From assembly GCA_965112735.1 (NCBI GenBank), contig OZ218952.1:2604001-2668000 (forward strand): 64,000 nt of DNA, given 5' to 3'. Below the pieces are notes generated by a model. The model was not told the DNA's origin. It did not search any database and saw nothing but the letters and a program-made list of their open reading frames with translations. Source of the stretch: Phaeosaccion multiseriatum. Taxonomy: Eukaryota; Protista; Ochrophyta, other classes. Positions 24,569-35,517 of this stretch are shown piece after piece. Positions within the stretch are counted from its first letter, which is position 1. Every line of letters begins with the position of its first letter. Made by a program: the position numbers and the translations under genes.

Positions 24569-25850
24569 TCAGTGGTTGTGTCCGTCGTGCCCCCCCCGCC
24601 CCCCCCCGCCCGAGCAGTGGCCATGGCCCAGCAGCACGAGCCTGATGGTTGTGGCACCAACCATAAAGGCGACAAGGGCGCACACCCGGTCCTGGATGGT
24701 CTTTACGTTTGCATACACCTTGGGCAGACTCTTGGAGGCGGCCACGTGGATGTACACGCCTGCGCCGAACGCCAGCAGCACCCCGAGCGTGACGTCGGAC
24801 ACATCGCTCCGAGGCGAGCACCACAATCACGCCAGCCACAACAGACAGTCCGGACACGAAGTTCAAGGGCAGCGCAGAGCAAGCAGTCATGCCTCCAATG
24901 CCGGTGAGGGTGAACAAGTCGGCAAACTCCTGCGCGAGCTCGCGGTAAATGGTCCCGGCGGCGATAGCCCAGCCCTTGGCCGCACCGCAGAGCACGAAGC
25001 CAGCCCCGATAAAAACGCCGTCTACAAAGTTGTGGAAGAAGTCTCCGGACAGCACGCCGAATCGAACCCGTATCATGGTCTGTATGTCTCTCGCTGCAAC
25101 CCCGGCTTCTCGAGGCCCTGCTGCGGAGTGGAAGACACCACCCTCGGCTGTCCTGCCTCCTCTTTATAGTAGTGGTGGTTGCGTTGGAGGCTGACATGGC
25201 CCCCGCAGAGTTGTCCGCTGTCTCCGTACTCCCACCGCTGCTGTACTTGTGGAAAGTAGAGGTGACTAAGTCGCCAACTCGTGTGCTCCTCGTCCAGGAC
25301 ACCTCGTTCTCTCGTTGAAGGCACCCTCCAAAAGCAGGTGGGCGGACTCCAAAAGCAGCAGAAACAAGGCCGCCGCGAGGAGAGCGCCAGCGGCGAAGGA
25401 GAAGAGGATCCCGTTGGAGCGGCTACTCAAGCTGTCGCCTGCTCACGCGCCGAGGAGCTTGCTGCCCGGTCCTAGGAAGATGACACCAACGAGAGTGGCG
25501 AGGTTGGCCAAGAGGGCGGCTCCGATGGCCCGGCCGCAAGGCTTGTTCCCGTTCACAGAGACATCCAGAGCTACTCCTGCCGTCGCCACGTCCTCCTCGT
25601 CTCTGTGGTCATGTCCCTCGCGCCAGTCGTGGTCCTCTCCCTCCTCATGGTCTTCGTCGTGGCTCCGCCTCCTGATGCCAAAATATAAAAGGGCACCCCA
25701 CTAAACCAGGATTGCGGCATCACTCCTCGTCGTGGTCCTCTCCCTCCTCGTGCGAGTCGTGCTCCTCCTCCTCCTCCTGCATGTGGTGGACATAAGGAAC
25801 CCCCTCCTCTGCTTTCAAAACGCATACTGTAGAGAATGCGTCGTCGGCAG
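24569..25850 (-). pseudogene. ZIP-family zinc/iron transporter pseudogene
   Basis: GDFFHNFVDGVFIG (TM4), YRELAQE (HELxQE with His lost), FAAGALLAAA, FGAGVYIHVAA and His-rich ends. In-frame TGA at 25445-25443; frameshifts near 25305 and 24810. Confidence 0.85.
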
Positions 25851-26363
25851 CGCGTCCAGGGGTCGGTCGAGTCTGGGGGACAATTTGCAAGGAGAAGCGG
25901 AGAGCAGGAGATTTGTGCGCTCAAATAAGGCTTTTCTACTTTTCTTTCCCCCGCTTAAGAACTAACCACCACCCCCAGGGGGGGGGGGCGGGGGGGCGCC
26001 GCGGCCAAAAAGAGAATTCAAGAGTTACGATGGGAGACGGAATAGAGATCGGCAGCTCACAGATTAGAAAGGAGCCAGCTGAAAAGAGTCCTGTGTGTGG
26101 AAGAGAGCAGCAGTACATTGTAGAAGCTTGAGAAAAATCAGGCAGGAGAAGAGGAGGAGAGGAGAAGAGGAGGCCACGCTATCAGCACTTCGATAAGGAA
26201 AGTCTTCATTCCATGGATGGGATGTGACTTCTTTGTGCAGCACTTTCTCCATTATCCCCTCGGCTCTCTCACAGCAGTCCTGAAGTATCTTTCAGTCAGG
26301 TCGTTCAGTCGATCGGGGGTGGGGGGGGGGCGTGTAAGGGTGGAAGCTAGAGGAGACACCCAC

Positions 26364-29300
26364 ATGGGGAGGTTTTCGGGCCAGGGTATTGGCGCAGGAG
26401 CTCCCCTCCTGCACCACTACCCACAGCAGCTCTACCCTCGCGAGCACCAACAGCAGCAGTACGCACATCAGCAGCATCAGCAGTATCAGCAGTATCAACA
26501 GCAGCAGCAGCAGGAGCAACAACAACAGCACCTACAGCAGCATCCACCGTACCAAGCGCCCCAGCAGTATGCACACCAGCACCCGCGACAGCATGTTCAC
26601 GAGATCAGCGACACCCTAGGTAAAGGTACTGCCATTACGAACGCCCGTACCACCCCCATCAGCAATGGTGTCAGTCTCTCTCCTCTTCCTGTCGCGGTGG
26701 AGGTGCTCTCGCCGGCTGAGAAGGACAGAGCACAGCCAGCGCCCCTGGTGGCCAAGGCACCCGATGTGCCTCCTCCGACCTTCGCCGCCTTTGCTCTCCC
26801 CAGACCACCGCAGGGACTCAGTGGCCTCTTGATGCACGGGGCCGCTCCCATCGACACCAACTTGATGCGAGAGCCCCTTCTTCCTTCTCCAATGCTGATG
26901 GAGGAGGCCTCCCGCAGCTCCGGGGCGGGGGTGAGCGGGGGTGCATTGCCATCAATGTTCCGTGGTGGGGGGGCACAAGAGGGGGTGGGGGGAGACGCCG
27001 GCATGGCCACTTCGGTGGGGGTGGGGGGCGGCTTTGGTGAGGGCTCTCCTCTGCTGTCCATACGCACGGCGGGGGGCAGAAAGAGGGGGAGGGGCGGGGG
27101 GCCGCAATTGCGGATGCGCAGTGGCTTCAGCCCACCGCTTCCCACGGACGGCAGGTTTACTTCCTTCCATCCGTCCCTCACCCCTCCTCTTTTCGCGGGG
27201 CCGCCGGAGCACTTTTCGCCCCTGCCGTCGCCGCCTTTGCTTGGGACCGGGGCCGCCGAGCAAGGCGGGCAGCGGAAGCAGCGACAGGGGGGGGTGGAGG
27301 GCTTTGGCGCCAGACTTTTGGAGACGCGGGCAAGCAACAAGCACATGTCGCGGCTCCAACAAATGAGCCGCCCCCCGCCCGTCCGCACCCGCCGGGAGAC
27401 GCATAGTGGCGGCAGCGAAAGGGCCAGTTGTACTGGCAGCACCAACCATAACCGTCACTACAACACCACCACCAGTAGCAGCAGCAGCAGCAGCAGCAGT
27501 TATAATCACCACCACCAGCAGCACCACCCCGCTGGCAGAAACGGCACCAACTGCAACACCCCGGCGTTGCTAGAGGCTGTAAAGGCGGTCATGTCTGAGC
27601 AGGACACCCCCAACCTCCCCCCCAGGGAGCAGCAAGTGTACTCCTTCGCACACTCGCCCATGACCCCGGCGGCCCCAACCCAAGGGGCTACCGACACCAA
27701 GCCCCCTTCTTTGCCGTCTTCGCAAATCTACACCGCCCCAGTGGGAGGGGGCAACGGTCGGCGGCGCAGAGGGAATGAGGATGACGATGCAGCCGCAACG
27801 GCCGCAGCGGCAGCGACTCTTGTGTTTACGAGGACGCGTAAGGAAGACAGGGGGGGGGGTGGACACGGTTCCAGCGGCGAGAGAGGGGAAGCGAGGGGGA
27901 CTAACGACGGCGGTGACAGTGGGCATGCCACGAACAGCGTGAGCACCGGCAACCATAGCAGAGGCGGCAGCAGTAGCGGCAGCAGCAGTAACGGCAGCAG
28001 CAAGAGAAAGAGGACTGGCACTTTTGAGGCGAGGGCCCGGCACAGTCTGCAGCAGCCCGCCCGGCAGGAGGAGGGCGGGAGCAAGGGAGCAGAACGTGGT
28101 GGTAGTGGTGGTGGTGGTGGAGGAGGAGGAGGAGGAGGAGGAGGAGGAGGAGGAGGAGGAGGAGGAGGAGGAGGAGGAGGGGGGTTAGAGGAGCACGGAA
28201 AGGTCGACGTGGGCTCCTATGGGAGCGATGGCGACGACCGCGGGCCATCACCAAAGGTGGCGCGCACGACAAGGGAGGGAGGCGCCGAGGGGGGAGGGGG
28301 CGACGACAACATCACGGACGTGCCGCTCGACAGAGACCTGTGGCGCCTTGTGGAGAGGGGTGACCAGTGCCGAGCCAAGCACTGCACCTACAGAGATGCC
28401 AAGACGTGGATCAGCAAGCGTAGGCACTACCACGCCACGTGCAACCATCAACACACGGTGAGTCAGGCCAAGTTGGTTTGGGGGTTGGTTGGTTTGGCGG
28501 AGGGTGGTTTATGGTCGGTTGATTTCGGTCCTTTGTCTTGTTGCCTGTTGGATGGTAAGGTTTTCCTCCCTTGTACTGCTGCTCCTGCTTCTTCCTTCCC
28601 ATTTGACTCCCTTGCTTCGCTGTCACCCAAGCTATCTACTCCCGTTGGTTGTACACCTCCAACCCCCCTGTCCCTCTCCTCACCTCTCTTCAAACTCGCA
28701 GGAGGGTGCCAAGAAAGGCATGACCTTTCACCACCACCAGCTGGAAAAGATTTCAAAGCACCAACGCTCGCACGACCGCCAGGATCAAAAGATGCGTCCC
28801 AAGACCAATGAAAAGGACGCCAAAGCCATGGCCGAAGCTGGGGTGGAGGAGTACAAACATGACAGCTGGAGCGCAGACGACACAGAGCGCCTCTCTATGC
28901 TGGTGCAAGAGGCTTCTGGCGGCAGCACGCTGCCTCGCCCTACCCCTTGGAGCGCGTTATCGGAGAAGCACTTTGCGGACCGGACGCCCATGCAGCTGCT
29001 CCTGCACTGGAGGTACTCCATCAACAAGAACGCGGTCATCAAGGGCACGGGCACATGGACGCAGGACGAGGACCACCGCCTCGGCGCCCTGGCCGCCATC
29101 TTCGGCCAGAAGTGGGCCAAGATTAGCGACTTCATGCCCGGCCGCATACCCAAGCAGGTCTGGGTGTGGGTGTGGGTATGTGAGTGGGAGTGGTGGTGGG
29201 TGAGTGTGGGGAGCAGGCGGGCTCTCCCTCTCTCCCCCTTTGCGTCCGCCTCTTATCAGAGCCTGACTCTTGTTAGTTCGCCTTCTTGTCGTCGTGCAAC

Positions 29301-29674
29301 CCCCCCCCCCCCCCCCTATAGCTCAATACTTGCTCGTGACGCTCTCTCCCGCTCCTGTCCCTTCATTCTTTCCTCTCTCCCCTCCCCTCCCCTCCCTTCC
29401 TCCTGTCGCTCTACTCGGGTATATGTATCATCTCCCCCCACAGTGCCGCGAGCGCTTCCTGAACCACCTCGACCCCAACCTTCGTAAGGGCACGTGGAGC
29501 CAGGCGGAAGACGACACGCTCCGCTACTGGCACGACCGCCTGCACAACAAGTTTGCGGACATTGCGAAGCACATCCCGGGGCGCAGTTACAACTCAATTA
29601 AGAATCGGTTCAACCAGCTCATCAAGGCCAACCCTTCCGGCGATGAGGCGGGGAGGGGGGGGCTTGTCGCGTAG
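26364..29674 (+). CDS. Three-repeat MYB transcription factor with long low-complexity N-terminus and a His/Cys-rich putative zinc finger
   Basis: Exons 26364 (or 26217)-28457, 28702-29157 and 29444-29674. MYB repeats WSADDTERL..., WTQDEDHRL...GRIPKQ|CRERFLNHLDP and WSQAEDDTL...GRSYNSIKNRFN. Confidence 0.88.
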
Positions 29675-30349
29675 GAGAAGGGTGGCAAGAGGATCAAGAG
29701 GAGGGGGCGGAGGGCAGATGAATGACTTTTGCTGTGCTACGCTGTGTGTACCACGGTTTGAAGTCCTCACATGAATATCGATCCTCAATTCCTTCCTTAT
29801 TGTAATATATAATCTAGCAAAGGACAGGCGGAAAAAGAGATGGAACTTTGAGGAGTACCCCGGAAGTAGACCATTATCATTTCTTCAGCACCCCCATATA
29901 TATATATATATATATATATGAGGAGGGGGTAGGGTAAAGTGATAAGGTGGGTGGGAACCAGGGGGGAAAATGAAAAATCGACATCGAAATTGGGGCCCCT
30001 GGGGTCTCGCTCGAATCCCCCTCGGGTAAAACGTCTCCACCATTCAGGCGCGTGAGGTGGGATCACTATCTGAGGCTTAATCGGAGGTAAGACGGACGAG
30101 AGAGGAAGGTGCGGTGCGGGGACGGGGTGCGCTGGGCCTGCTGTGTCACTTGCGGTCCCCTCTGGGAGCCTCACGTTCACGGGTAAAAAGCAGCGAACAT
30201 GCATAGGGATGTTCCCTTTCTGCCGGACGGAGCAATTACCACACGCAGCAGCAGCGGCGGCAGCAGCGATTAAACACCATGTAAATAACTTTGTCCTTGC
30301 CCCCACTGCCCTGGCTCCAACGTGTCCCACAGCTTAAAGAGAATCAACC

Positions 30350-31599
30350 ATGGCAGACACCAAGAAGGCAGCGCCCAAGAAGAAGAGCAAGTGAGTACGT
30401 GGTGTGAACCGCTCGCCCACACTTTGGGGAGGGCATGACCAATTAGGCCCTCTTCTTTGCGTTTATCTGTGCCCGAGACGTGGTACCATCTGCTTGCTTT
30501 GCTCCCTGCTCCTTACGGCCTGTGGTTGGCTCCGCTCACAAGGCGTCTCATTTTTGCACCGCTGTTTTTTCTACACACGCAACGTCTGCCTTGTCGCTGC
30601 TCAAGTCTGAGATAAATGCAGGTGGTGAATTCAGCCACCGCCTCTTTCTGACCCCATCCTTTCTATCACCTGCCCTGCCTCTCTTGTCTCCCCCATGCTC
30701 ACCACTACAGCTTCCTGGTGGACTTCGCCCTCGGAGGAACCTCCGGAGCGATTGCCAAGACATGCACCGCCCCCATTGAGCGTGTGAAGCTGCTCATCCA
30801 GACGCAGGACTCCAACCCTCGTATCCGATCAGGAGAGATCCCTCGATACACGGGCATTGCCAACTGCTTTACCCGAGTAGCCTCGGAGCAGGGCATCAAG
30901 GCCTTCTGGCGTGGAAACTTTACCAATGTCATCCGGTACTTCCCCACCCAGGCCTTCAACTTTGCCTTCAAGGACACCATCAAGGGCTTCTTCCCCCGCG
31001 CCGACCCCAAGACGGAGTTTGGCAAGTTCTTCCTGATTAACATGGCCAGTGGAGGTATGGCTGGTGCCGGTTCCCTGTGCTTCGTCTACCCCCTCGATTA
31101 CGCCCGTACTCGTCTGGCCTCGGACGTGGGCAAGGAGCGCGTCTTCTCCGGCCTGTGGGACTGCTTGTCCAAGACCGCGAGGGGCCCCAAGGGCTTCATG
31201 TCTCTGTACAACGGTTTCGGTGTGTCCGTCACGGGTATCATCCCTTACCGCGGAGTCTACTTCGGGCTTTACGACACCATCTCGTCGCAGAACCCCTACA
31301 AGGACAACAAGGGAGTGCTCGGCTTCGTTTCCAAGTTTGCCATTGCTCAGGCCGTGGCCATTGCGGCCGGTTACGCCTCCTACCCCTTTGACACCGTGCG
31401 TCGCCGCCTGCAAATGCAGTCCGAGAAGCCCGTGGAGGAATGGATCTACAAGGGAACCATGGACTGCTTCAAGAAGATCGCGGCAGAGGAGGGCACCACT
31501 GCGCTCTTCAAGGGAGCTGGCGCCAACGCCCTCCGAACCGTCGGATCCGCCATGGTGCTTGTGCTGTACGACCAGATCAAGACCATCTTCGACCTCTAA
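30350..31599 (+). CDS. AAC: Mitochondrial ADP/ATP carrier; intron 30391-30710
   Basis: APIERVKLLIQ, WRGNFTNVIRYFPTQAFNFAFKD, YPLDYARTRL and YPFDTVRRRLQMQ. Strong C-ending codon bias. Confidence 0.97.
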
Positions 31600-32532
31600 G
31601 TTAGTCTTGTCGGCGTCTTGATGGTGGTATGGTTATGGTGACGGTAGCAGAGCCCACTACCACACTCCACACACGTTTGTGTTACCACCGGCATTGGCAT
31701 TAATGGTGTAGGTTGGCATGGCCTCTCCTCCTCTTGTCATTTGTGTTGTTTGCGCAGCGCGCACGATGGGAGGCGTGTTTGGGGGGGGGGGGGGGGGGGG
31801 GGGCCGCGTTGCCGGTTCGATACCCACACTCGTGTGTTGCCTCCTTGTTGCTTCTTGTGTCTTATCTCTCTCCCTCTCTTGTCTTACCACCGCCCCAACC
31901 CCCCCCCCCCTCCCCTGCCGCTCAACTCTTGTTGCGCGGTTAGTTTTGAGTATATTTCTAAAGTGCGTGAGATGGAAGTGATAGATGAATTTTGGGCGCA
32001 GTATAAATACACATCATATCACTCTTTTTTTCTTTTCTTACAGACGAAGTCCTTGGCGGCAGCTGTCTGCCCCCCTCTTTTTCTACAATCTTCCTCCTCT
32101 TTACACTTCCCTACAACTGTATATGCTCTCTCAACTCTGCGATCGGTCTAGTGCTTCTTCGCCCTCATCACCCTTCCCTCTGCTGCCTGTCAGTGAAGGA
32201 GTGCGCGCCTCCCCTGCCCAGCCTGCCTCTGCTGTCTGTGAGTGTGTGTGTGCACATGCATGTCCATCCACCTCTCCCGCTGCTCCAGCTGCTTTCCCAC
32301 TGACGTACTGCTTGCTCGCTCAACACGCCCTCCATCTCAACAGATCGATGCTACCGATAACCTTCTGCGCTGATTCACAGACAGGAGATGACAACTAACC
32401 ACCCCCCCCCCTTCCGGCCAATCCATAAATACACAGGGTATCGCCTCCATGTCAAAAGGTCCAACTGCCCTGAAACGGACACAGAGACAAACCTCACACG
32501 CTAAGGTATACCCAAACCAAACTCAACCCCAC

Positions 32533-35446
32533 TCACTTGTCCTCGATGGAAGCGACAGACACAACTCGATACCGTGTGCCCGAGGGCAGCCCATAGGGGT
32601 TGGAGTCCTCCCCCCGAGATGCCCTCTCGTCCTCCACCTCCACCACCACCCCCAAGACGCAGAACCACTTAAAGTGCGGCGTGTCCCCTGCCTCCACGAG
32701 GGCCTTACTCTCATCTGAGAGGTAGTGGTTAGGGCAGTTCACTGCGCAAGTCAACAGACATACGAGTGATGGCGATGCAGAAAGAATGTTTCCCAAGTCC
32801 ACAAATGCACACGTTTACAGGGGGGGGGGTGCGTTAGTTGGTTGGTTGGTTGGTTGGTTGGTGCGAGGGACAAAACAACCAGCGGAAAGGAAAGGTAACG
32901 AGGGGAGAGGACAGGAACAAGAGGAGCTCTAGCAGTAGTAGTGGCAGCGGGAGTGATGGGTGGTGGTGGCAGCAGCAGCAGCAGCAGGGGAGGGGGAAGG
33001 ACACTGAGAAGAGATGGATGGGGGAATGGGGCACACACACGTTGCAATCACGTGAGCCGTCGTCTCCACAAAAAAACGGACAACCTACCATTGAACGCCA
33101 CAAAGTGTCCACTTGACGTGGGGAAGAACAAGGCCAAGTCACCAGCCGCAAACGAACGGAACGAAATGCCCTTCTCAGTCGGGTGCTGCTGCAAGCCCTC
33201 CTCGGCTGCGAGAGACTCCCCTGTTCCTCCTCCTCCTCCTCCTGCTGCTGCTGCTGGCGACGGTATGGAAGAGGAAGACACCGGTGATGCAGGTGGAGGC
33301 GGCAAGGCCACGTTCACCTCCCGCCAGGCCCCTCCTCCCAAAACTTTCGCACCTCCACTCGCCACACGTGCAAACATCTCAGCTTCCCGCTGCGCCTTGT
33401 CGGGTGACGGCACAGCCACCGGGTTAGGTGCTGCGCTGAGGGGATGCCCTCCCCCGTAACCCCGTCCACCCACGCTGCGGGGGGGTGGGGTCACGCCATT
33501 TTCGCCCCCTCCGCCCTGCCTCTCCTCCCCAGGCTGCTGCTGCGACCGGTGGTGCTGCTGCTGGGGATACTGCTGTTGCTTCTGCTGCTGCCACTGCTCG
33601 CTTCCCTGCTCCTCGTGGCCCTTCTGCTGCCTCTCCTCCTCCTGCTGCAACTCCAGGGCGCAAAGGCGACTGAGGACATCGGAAAGGTCGCTAACGAGTG
33701 CATCCGTGGCGGCACCGAGGCGCTGCCCTGCGCTCTTGCTCGGCCACGTGCCCCCCTCTGGCCCTTCTGTTGTGGCTGCTTTATCACCAACTGCTGCGGT
33801 TGCTGCTGCGGGTACCGCCAGTGGTGATGCTGCTTCTGCCGCTGCTGAAGTGGCGTTGCACCACGTCCTTCTTGCAAACATGGTATTCCGTGCCAACTCT
33901 TCTATACTTTCCGCCTGCTCTGTCATGTACTATATCAGATGGATCAAAGACAGCGCAAATTCGCACCAAGCATGTAGCAAGGATGAGCAACAACACCACA
34001 TGGTGAGCGCGAGGGTGAGGGCGAGGGCGAGTAGGCAGGGGGTCAGGTCTGAGACACTGGGTACGAGGGAGCGGGACGCACGCCACGTCTCACCACTGGG
34101 AAAGACTTGTCATCCACTGCTATCCCAAGTCAGAAGGCCAGGCTCCTTGAATGCACCTGCCTCACCTCCCAATCTCCTGACCCCTGCTTACACACCCCCA
34201 TCTCCCTCCCTCCCTCCCTCCCTCCCTCCCACCCTCCCATCACCGTTACCTGAGCCTGTTCCCGGTCCCGCGCCTCGAGCAGCTTCGCCTTGCGCTCGGC
34301 CTTCGCTGCCCGGTGGTGCCAGAAGTTGATTTGCTCTTCCGCCGCCCTCAGTCTCCTCCGCACCACCATCAGCTCCTCCGCGACAGGCGAGTGGTCCCCG
34401 TACGCATCGACTGGTGATACAGCAGCAGTGGTTGGTGCAGTATCGGTATTTGGTGCAGCAGCAGTAGGAGGAGGGGGAGGAGGAGGAGAGGTGCCGGAGA
34501 CAGCGGCATCACTTCTGAGCGCGTGGCTGCTTGAAGAGGAGGAGGACATTCTGCTTCCACCGCTGCTGCTACCAGTGCTCTGTTTGCTGTCAGCAGCAGT
34601 CCTTTCCTCAAGAGGGGCGTTATGCCTGCCGCCGCTCTCCTGAGGTCCTCCTCCTGTGCCCCCTACTGCTTCCTGCTCGCCTGATGCACTGCCCTCGTCC
34701 TCATTGGCGCTGGCGTTCGAAGAGCGTGAAACTATCCGTTCGTCGCCCAACATACCGCCACTGCCGCTGCTGATACTGCTGCTGCTGCTCCCGCTAAAGA
34801 GGATGGTCCCACCTGCAAGGGGGATCTCGGCCAAAGAGAAGCGGCGAAAGGAGGCAATATCCTCTTCATCGTCCACAGCAGTAGTAGAAGCAGTAGCAGA
34901 AGCAGTAGAAGCTGCAGTAATAGCAGCAGCAGCAGCCCAGCGGACATCAGCGCCCTGGTCCTCCTCCTCGTTCTTCTCCTGCGCCGTCACTGCGGAAGGG
35001 GCAAGTATGCTGCTGCTCAGAGCGGGGGCACAGGGGCCCGGCAGGCTGGACGCCATGATGACATTGCTGCCAGCAGGGCTGGGGGCGAGGCGAGGAGCGC
35101 TCGCGGGCGGGCCTCCACTACTGTCCACCTCAAGCATGGACCAGTTGAAGGCCGAGTTCTTACGCTCCGGCTGCTGCCGAGAGCTGCTGCTGCTGCTGCT
35201 GATGCCGGCAACAGAGTCCACTGAGCCCAGATCGTTTCCCTGCTCCCGGAGGAAGTTCGCGAAGTCAGCGTCCAGTGAGAGCGTCGTGGGGGATACAATG
35301 TTGCCTTCGAGGGAGCAGGCCTCCCCCGCAGACTCCTTCCACTCTTCCCCCGCGCCAGCTTCAGCCCCTTCAGCCCCCGGCTGAGGCTGCCGTGACATGG
35401 GAGGCAATATGTTCCAGTCGTCGTCCTCCTTGGGGGGGAGAGACAT
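32533..35446 (-). CDS. ATG11: ATG11/FIP200-like protein: C-terminal claw domain with a disordered N-terminus
   Basis: Exons 35446-34250, 33929-33089 and 32741-32533. Claw-like ISFRSFAAGDLALFFPT..FVAFNVNCPNHYLS..CVLGVVVEVE..SNPYGLPSGTRYRVV. Short coiled coils upstream. Confidence 0.8.
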
Positions 35447-35517
35447 GTTTTTTAGGAGGGGAGAGCTAACAAGAGGAGAGAGGGAAGGAGGAAAGGAAGG
35501 AAAGGAAGGAAGGAATT

